Source: Macrostomum lignano (Eukaryota). Taken from it: 64,000 nt of DNA. Location: the NCBI GenBank assembly GCA_002269645.1, contig NIVC01001068.1, forward strand, positions 1-64,000, in the 5' to 3' direction. Of the stretch, positions 58,123 to 64,000 are shown piece after piece. Position 1 is the stretch's first letter. Each line of letters starts with the position of its first letter. The notes beneath the pieces were generated by a model. That model had not been told where the DNA came from. It worked only from the letters and a program-made list of their open reading frames with translations, and did not search any database. Both the position numbers and the translations under genes were made by a program.

Positions 58123-59677
58123 CCTTGTATTAGTAATTCGGACCATATAGTTGGAGACATTTTATCGCAAGTAGCATTAACAGTATTCTAGAAAATATCT
58201 GCATTCAAAATACTCGTACAGATCTCAGAGATGAATTTACAGGGGGCGTGGCAACTAATATCTGTTAGCTGTGCATCCTGGGACTTCAGTCAAACGGACA
58301 AATCCGCTACACAATGCGGGTGTAGCCTTTGCAGCCTTCAGCGATTGTAATACGATCCGCTACCTGTGTATTATTTAATGGCATTGTGCGAAGACTCATA
58401 CAAATAAGGTAGCTCAGTTCTTGAATAGGGAGAACTTGTTCTTTAAATGTGTTTTCTAGCTGAAAAATTGCAGTTAAGGTTGGTGCAAACGTGGATAATG
58501 GCTTAGGTTAGAATTTAGGTACGTTTAGGTTAGAGCTAGGTTTTAGGATAGGTTTAAAGTTTTATAATTTAGGTTGCGGTTATGGTTATGCTAGGAAAGT
58601 GGTAGGAAAACGGTACGGTAACTTTAAAAAGCAGAACCCCTCTAAGTCTAATAAATTATTTGCCTAAAGTTTTCCCGATACTCTACTTACGGTAGAAATA
58701 GCAGAATTTTGCAGGGGTAAAACATAACGAATTCTATTAACTTCTTTATTTACCTACAGTAGAAATACTGGGAAAATTTAGGATAATTTTCTATACTCCA
58801 CCTAAGTTGTAAAATATTAGTTGTTTAATTAGTCGTGACACAAAAAATTCTAATAGAATTTCGCAAAATTTCAATACGAGGACCTTATTTACAAAACTAG
58901 TTAGAAAAACAAAGAGTTTCGTACTACGAGTATTTAAAAAGGCCTAAATTTATCCGAGAGTTTTGGCACAGATTTTTTTCTGTGCGTTTTTTGTAAGTAG
59001 AATCGTTCTATATTTTTTAGGATTATAACAAAGTATAACACACATATACACTTAGCTCACAGATAACTGGGAACTGGGAAGTAATAAGCAATTATTAGCG
59101 AGAGCACGACCAAGATACAATGGGTGCATGAGAAACATGTGTACTTTTATTGAAGAATTCCAATCATAATCTTTAAGAAATAGCTGATAAAACTTTGCAT
59201 CATCATTATACTATTCTGCAGGTTCAACAGGAACGTTTCACATTTTTAAAACTGTACAAAATGGGTATTAAGAATGAATAATTTCATATTTATAGAATAT
59301 TTCAAGGTAAAGAAGGTTAAAATATAATTACTAAACAAAATATGCGTATTTTTCCTGTTGACTATTGGCTGTACATATGAATTATGAATTACCCGAAGAG
59401 CGTGTAAATATCTCGACGTTAATGTCTGTTTTTGAGAGCTAAATAAAAACAAGAAACTAACTATTAACAAATTTTAACTCAATTTTAAAAAATCAATTCA
59501 ATAGAATGATAAAATAAGAACACTGAATAATGATGCTTACTTAATACTGGATAATTTAATTACTGTAGGCCCTATTACATGTCTGATTAGTAATAATTAT
59601 TATTGTCAACTGTATGTGTTTACGTAGCTCGTATAAAATTCGCACGAATTCAAATCGCCCAAGAGTTATATCATGGC

Positions 59678-62600
59678 TCAGCACTGCGGCTCCCCAGCAC
59701 TGGGTGAATTGCTCGGACAATAATTATGTATCCTGGATCTCAACATTCGATGCCTCTCCGATGTCCGATTGAACGAATTCAATAAGAAATCTGTCACTTT
59801 CTGGTACAGATGCGGCCAAGATGACGTCATCCGGTGATTGTCGTCTGGATAGGTCTGATTGTTGACAATGCGCATTATGTTTCAAAAGTTCATATTTTTA
59901 ACCAAAACAACTTTTTTGTAAAAATATCTAAAATAAAACAACACTCACAAGAAATTCAAAGTCGATGTGCTCACTGACGAGAACTTTTGCCAGCTGAGCA
60001 CTGTGCTGGTAGTGTACTTTAGCTGGAATTGCCATTGATTGAGTGAAAAGCGTACTTTTTAGAATATTTGTTTTGGAAGATAAGAAGATTTATTTATGTT
60101 CCAATGATACTTACTGTCTCCAGTTCCATGGGCGATTAGAATATTTTTATTCCAAAAATTGACCGCCACACGAGAGACGTTTGTTCTCTGAAAAAAAAAT
60201 AAGAAAACAAATCACATTTCTCACTTTTGAAAACTTCTTTTTCGTACGCCCTACAATCTACACTACTGCTACGAGTAGTGAAAACCGCAGTGCCAATTTT
60301 ACCTTGTAGTTTTCCGAAGTTTGCTCGGATTTTATCCCCAAAAATCGCTCAGTGTAGGCGGCATCTGCAGGAATTTGAGGAGCAAATATTGATTCTATCG
60401 AATATAGAACTAGGAGAAGAAAAAAACATCTACTACTAAGTACCTAAGCTGTTTGAGGAATGCCTGCCATTATTGACTTGATGGAGATGTTTTCTTTGTA
60501 AATGCGAGTCCTAATTAACAGTTTCAGGGACTGCAATTAAGGAGCAACAAGTCCAATGGATCTATAAAAGATCTATTAGCTAAGAACAGAATCCATGAAG
60601 ATTCTGAGACCATTGCTCTGGATCGAAAAGCTATTAAAGATTTCTGTGCCTCTTGGGCAATCGATCTATCAGATTAAGGTTTGCAATTAATTTTTGGCCG
60701 TTAACTGACCTATAAATCGACAATTTTTATTACCCTATGAATACTCACTCTGTTAGAATGTCTTTCTTCGTGAGTCATTTTAGATGGCATTGCTCAGTTT
60801 GTGATAATAGCGCCTGACATTTATGCTACACTGGTCCTGACACCCCCTGACACTCACAGTATCCCTGACACTCACAATATCACCTGACACTCTCAAGATC
60901 CCCTGACACTCACAATATCCTATGACACTCACAATATCCCTGACACTCACAATATCCCTGACACTCACAATATCACCTGACACTCACAATATCCTATGAC
61001 ACTCACAATATCCCTGACACTCACAATATCCCTGACACTCACAATATCACCTGACACTCACAATATCCTATGACACTCACAATATCCCTGACACTCACAA
61101 TATCCCTTGACACTCACAATATCCCCTGACACTCACAATACGAGTATCCCATGACACTCACAATATCCCTTGACACTCACAATATCCCCTGACACTCACA
61201 ATATCCTATGACACTCACAATATCCCTGACACTCACAATATCCCTGACACTCACAATATCACCTGACACTCACAATATCCTATGACACTCACAATATCCC
61301 TGACACTCACAATATCCCTGACACTCACAATATCACCTGACACTCACAATATCCTATGACACTCACAATATCCCTGACACTCACAATATCCCTGACACTC
61401 ACAATATCCTATGACACTCACAATATCCCCTGACACTCACAATATCCTATGACACTCACAATATCCCTGACACTCACAATATCCTATGACACTCACAATA
61501 TCCCCTGACACTCACAATATCCTATGACACTCACAATATCCCTGACACTCACAATATCCCCTGACACTCACAATATCCTATGACACTCACAATATCCCTT
61601 GACACTCACAATATCCCCTGACACTCACAATACGAGTATCCCATGACACTCACAATATCCCTTGACACTCACAATATCCCCTGACACCTCACAACACCCC
61701 CTGACAGAATTACCGTAATAATGATAGTCAGTAATAGGCGCCACGGCTACAGCAGTATCGAAGTACGTATTATTGACGTTGTCATGGTGACCGAGCATTT
61801 GCAGCGCTAGGCCGGCTCCGTGGTCCCAGCCGATGGCCGCTATGCAGGACTTGTTGACGTACTGCAGCTGGGCTAGCTGTCCGAGCGAGTCTATCTGGTC
61901 TTCCAGTTCGGCCGAGGCAAATCCTGCGCCTCGGATGTCGAATAGAAATTTCGAGCCCCGATTCCGGGTGCCCCTGGCGTCCACGCTCACGGATATAACG
62001 AACAGGCTGCTGGCCAGGTAGTGCTGCCAGCCCAGAGTGAACTGCCGGGTGGCCAGCTGGGCTGTCGGGCCGGCGTGGCTGCGAAGCGGAAGGGAACAGG
62101 GACAGCAGAGTGACAACAGAGTGACAGCAGAGTGACAGCAGAGTGACAGCAGAGTGACCCTAGAGGGACACCAGAGTGACACCAGAGTTACATTCGGTAT
62201 CGTGGGACGGGAGGGTGACCGAATGGGGGCAGAAGAGTGACAGATCGAAGGGACAAGAGAGTGACAGATCGGATGGACAGGAGAGTGACAGATCGGAGGG
62301 ACAGGAGAGTGACAGATCGAAGGGACAAGAGAGTGACAGATCGGAGGGACAGGAGAGTGACAGATCGGATGGACAGGAGAGTGACAGATCGGATGGACAG
62401 GAGAGTGACAGATCGAAGGGACAGGAGAGTGACAGATCGAAGGGACAGGAGAGTGACAGATCGGAGGGACAGGAGAGTGACAGATCGGATGGACAGGAGA
62501 GTGACAGATCGAAGGGACAGGAGAGTGACAGATCGAAGGGACAGGAGAGTGACAGATCGGATAGACAGGAGAGTGACACATCGGAGGGACAGGAGAGTGA

Positions 62601-64000
62601 CAGATCGGATGGACAGGAGAGTGACAGATCGAAGGGACAGGAGAGTGACAGATCGAAGGGACAGGAGAGTGACAGATCGGATAGACAGGAGAGTGACACA
62701 TAGGAGGGACAGGAGAGTGACAGATCGGATGGACAGGAGAGTGACAGATCGGATGGACAGGAGAGTGACAGATCGGAGGGACAAGAGAGTGACAGATGGG
62801 TGACAGATGAACGGACAGGAGAGTGACAGAGGAGTAAAAACAGAGGTAAATGCTTAAAATAGGTGTCAATGATAACAAAAACTCACACATGCATGAGCAG
62901 AGGGTACTGGCTAATATGCGACTCGTTCAGCTGTTTAGGCAGCAGCAGTTTGGCATTGACCGACAGCGGGTCGGCTCTGGACTCCAGCGTAGTTTTGAGG
63001 CGCAATCGCAATTGTCTGAATTCCACTCTGGGCAAATTCCGACCAATCAAATTGCGGGAGAATTCCAAATTGTCTTCCACTATTAGGGCTAGCGAGTATT
63101 TTTCTGGGGGAAATTTAATAAATCACCAATATAAGTAAAACAAATTTTGTTGTTAAGTTTGATTAAACAAAAAAATAAAATGCAATTGAGCTTACCTAAG
63201 TAACTGTTTTTCCTCACAAAGTATTTGTAAGGTTCTGGTCCCAGGCATTCTTGCAGCAACCAGTGACTGCTTTTGCTGAGTTCTGCCCGGTTGAATTCGC
63301 AGTTCAATAGTAGCTGATGAGAATCCGGACCAGCTCTTGGACAGGTGATGCAGTTGGCTGATGGAGCGTTCTCTGTGGCAGATATGCTGAAAGTTGATTG
63401 ATATGTTAGATGAAAATTACATTCTGGACATGGTAGACATTGATATGGTAGACATTGATAGCATTAATTTGATATGATAAGACATCGTGTTAGACTTAGA
63501 TTGAATATCTGATGTTAGACGTGGAGTGAGTGTCTGGTGTTAGATATGGAGCGAGTGTCTGGTGTTGGACATCGAGTGGGTGTTTGGTGTTGGACATCGA
63601 GTGAGTGTCTGGTGTTGGACATCGAGTGGGTGTTTGGTGTTGGACATCGAGTGAGTGTCTGGTGTTGGACATCGAGTGGGTGTTTGGTGTTGGACATCGA
63701 GTGAGTGTCTGGTGTTGGACATCGAGTGGGTGTTTGGTGTTGGACATCGAGTGAGTGTCTGGTGTTGGACATCGAGTGAGTGTCTGGTGTTAGACACGGA
63801 GTGTCTAATTCACAATAGCTTATATCAATCACGCTAAGAGCTCACACCTGTGCACGTGCATCTTAGTGGCGTCGTAGCTGTCGCTGTTGTCGTCTCGACA
63901 AGACAAAAAGTACAGCCGACCAGAACTGCCTGGCTGGCTCGGCTGACTCGGCAGCTCAAGGCGGAGCAATTCGGCCACGTCGTATTTCGCTGGCGAGATC
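59678..64000 (-). CDS. DPP6/DPP10-like inactive dipeptidyl peptidase (S9B), 3' part. Exons 64000(partial)-63848, 63386-63196, 63103-62887, 62078-61714, 60364-60303, 60187-60115, 60022-59949, 59854-59678.
   Basis: CITC..CLGP; KLLLP..YPLLMHVHAGPTAQ; SVDARG; IAAIGWDHGAG (nucleophile elbow); AVAPITDY; YTERFLG; AHGTGDTKVHYQHS; YPDDNH..HLY. All joins are GT-AG and phase-consistent. Confidence 0.92.
60836..61706. repeat. 18-20-bp minisatellite (TGACACTCACAATATCCC), intronic
   Basis: Direct reading. Confidence 0.95.
62100..62832. repeat. 24-bp minisatellite (GAGTGACAGATCGGATGGACAGGA), intronic
   Basis: Direct reading. Confidence 0.95.
63514..63800. repeat. 25-bp minisatellite with alternating A/B variants (50-bp higher-order unit), intronic
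   Basis: GGTGTTGGACATCGAGTGAGTGTCT alternates with GGTGTTGGACATCGAGTGGGTGTTT. Confidence 0.9.

Overview
Eukaryotic (metazoan) genomic DNA with spliced genes. The GC-rich compact exons, innexin and intronless USP genes, and dense intronic minisatellites suggest a free-living flatworm such as Macrostomum (inference, not verified). Well-supported genes: a compact trithorax/KMT2-type H3K4 methyltransferase (+, five apparent frameshifts), a flavin monoamine oxidase-like gene (+), a 10-exon SLC5 sodium:solute symporter (+), an intronless universal stress protein (-), an innexin (+), and the 3' part of a DPP6/10-like pseudo-peptidase whose catalytic Ser is replaced by Asp (-). Manual splice-phase reconstruction found genes the ORF track largely misses: a six-exon Shisa-like (SHISAL2/FAM159-type) protein and two uncharacterised single-pass membrane proteins. 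There is also a TRAF-fragment mini-gene and a Gly-Tyr-Gly-Pro-Gln repeat protein. Mobile DNA with visible TIRs/TSDs: a FLYWCH-MULE transposon, an internally deleted Tc1, several MITEs, a 3-bp-TSD element, plus a tRNA-derived SINE. More than 20 distinct tandem arrays fill the introns. Many share a TGACA/GACA core and run right up to splice sites. No CRISPR, rRNA or intact tRNA seen. All family assignments come from recalled motifs; no database searches were run.
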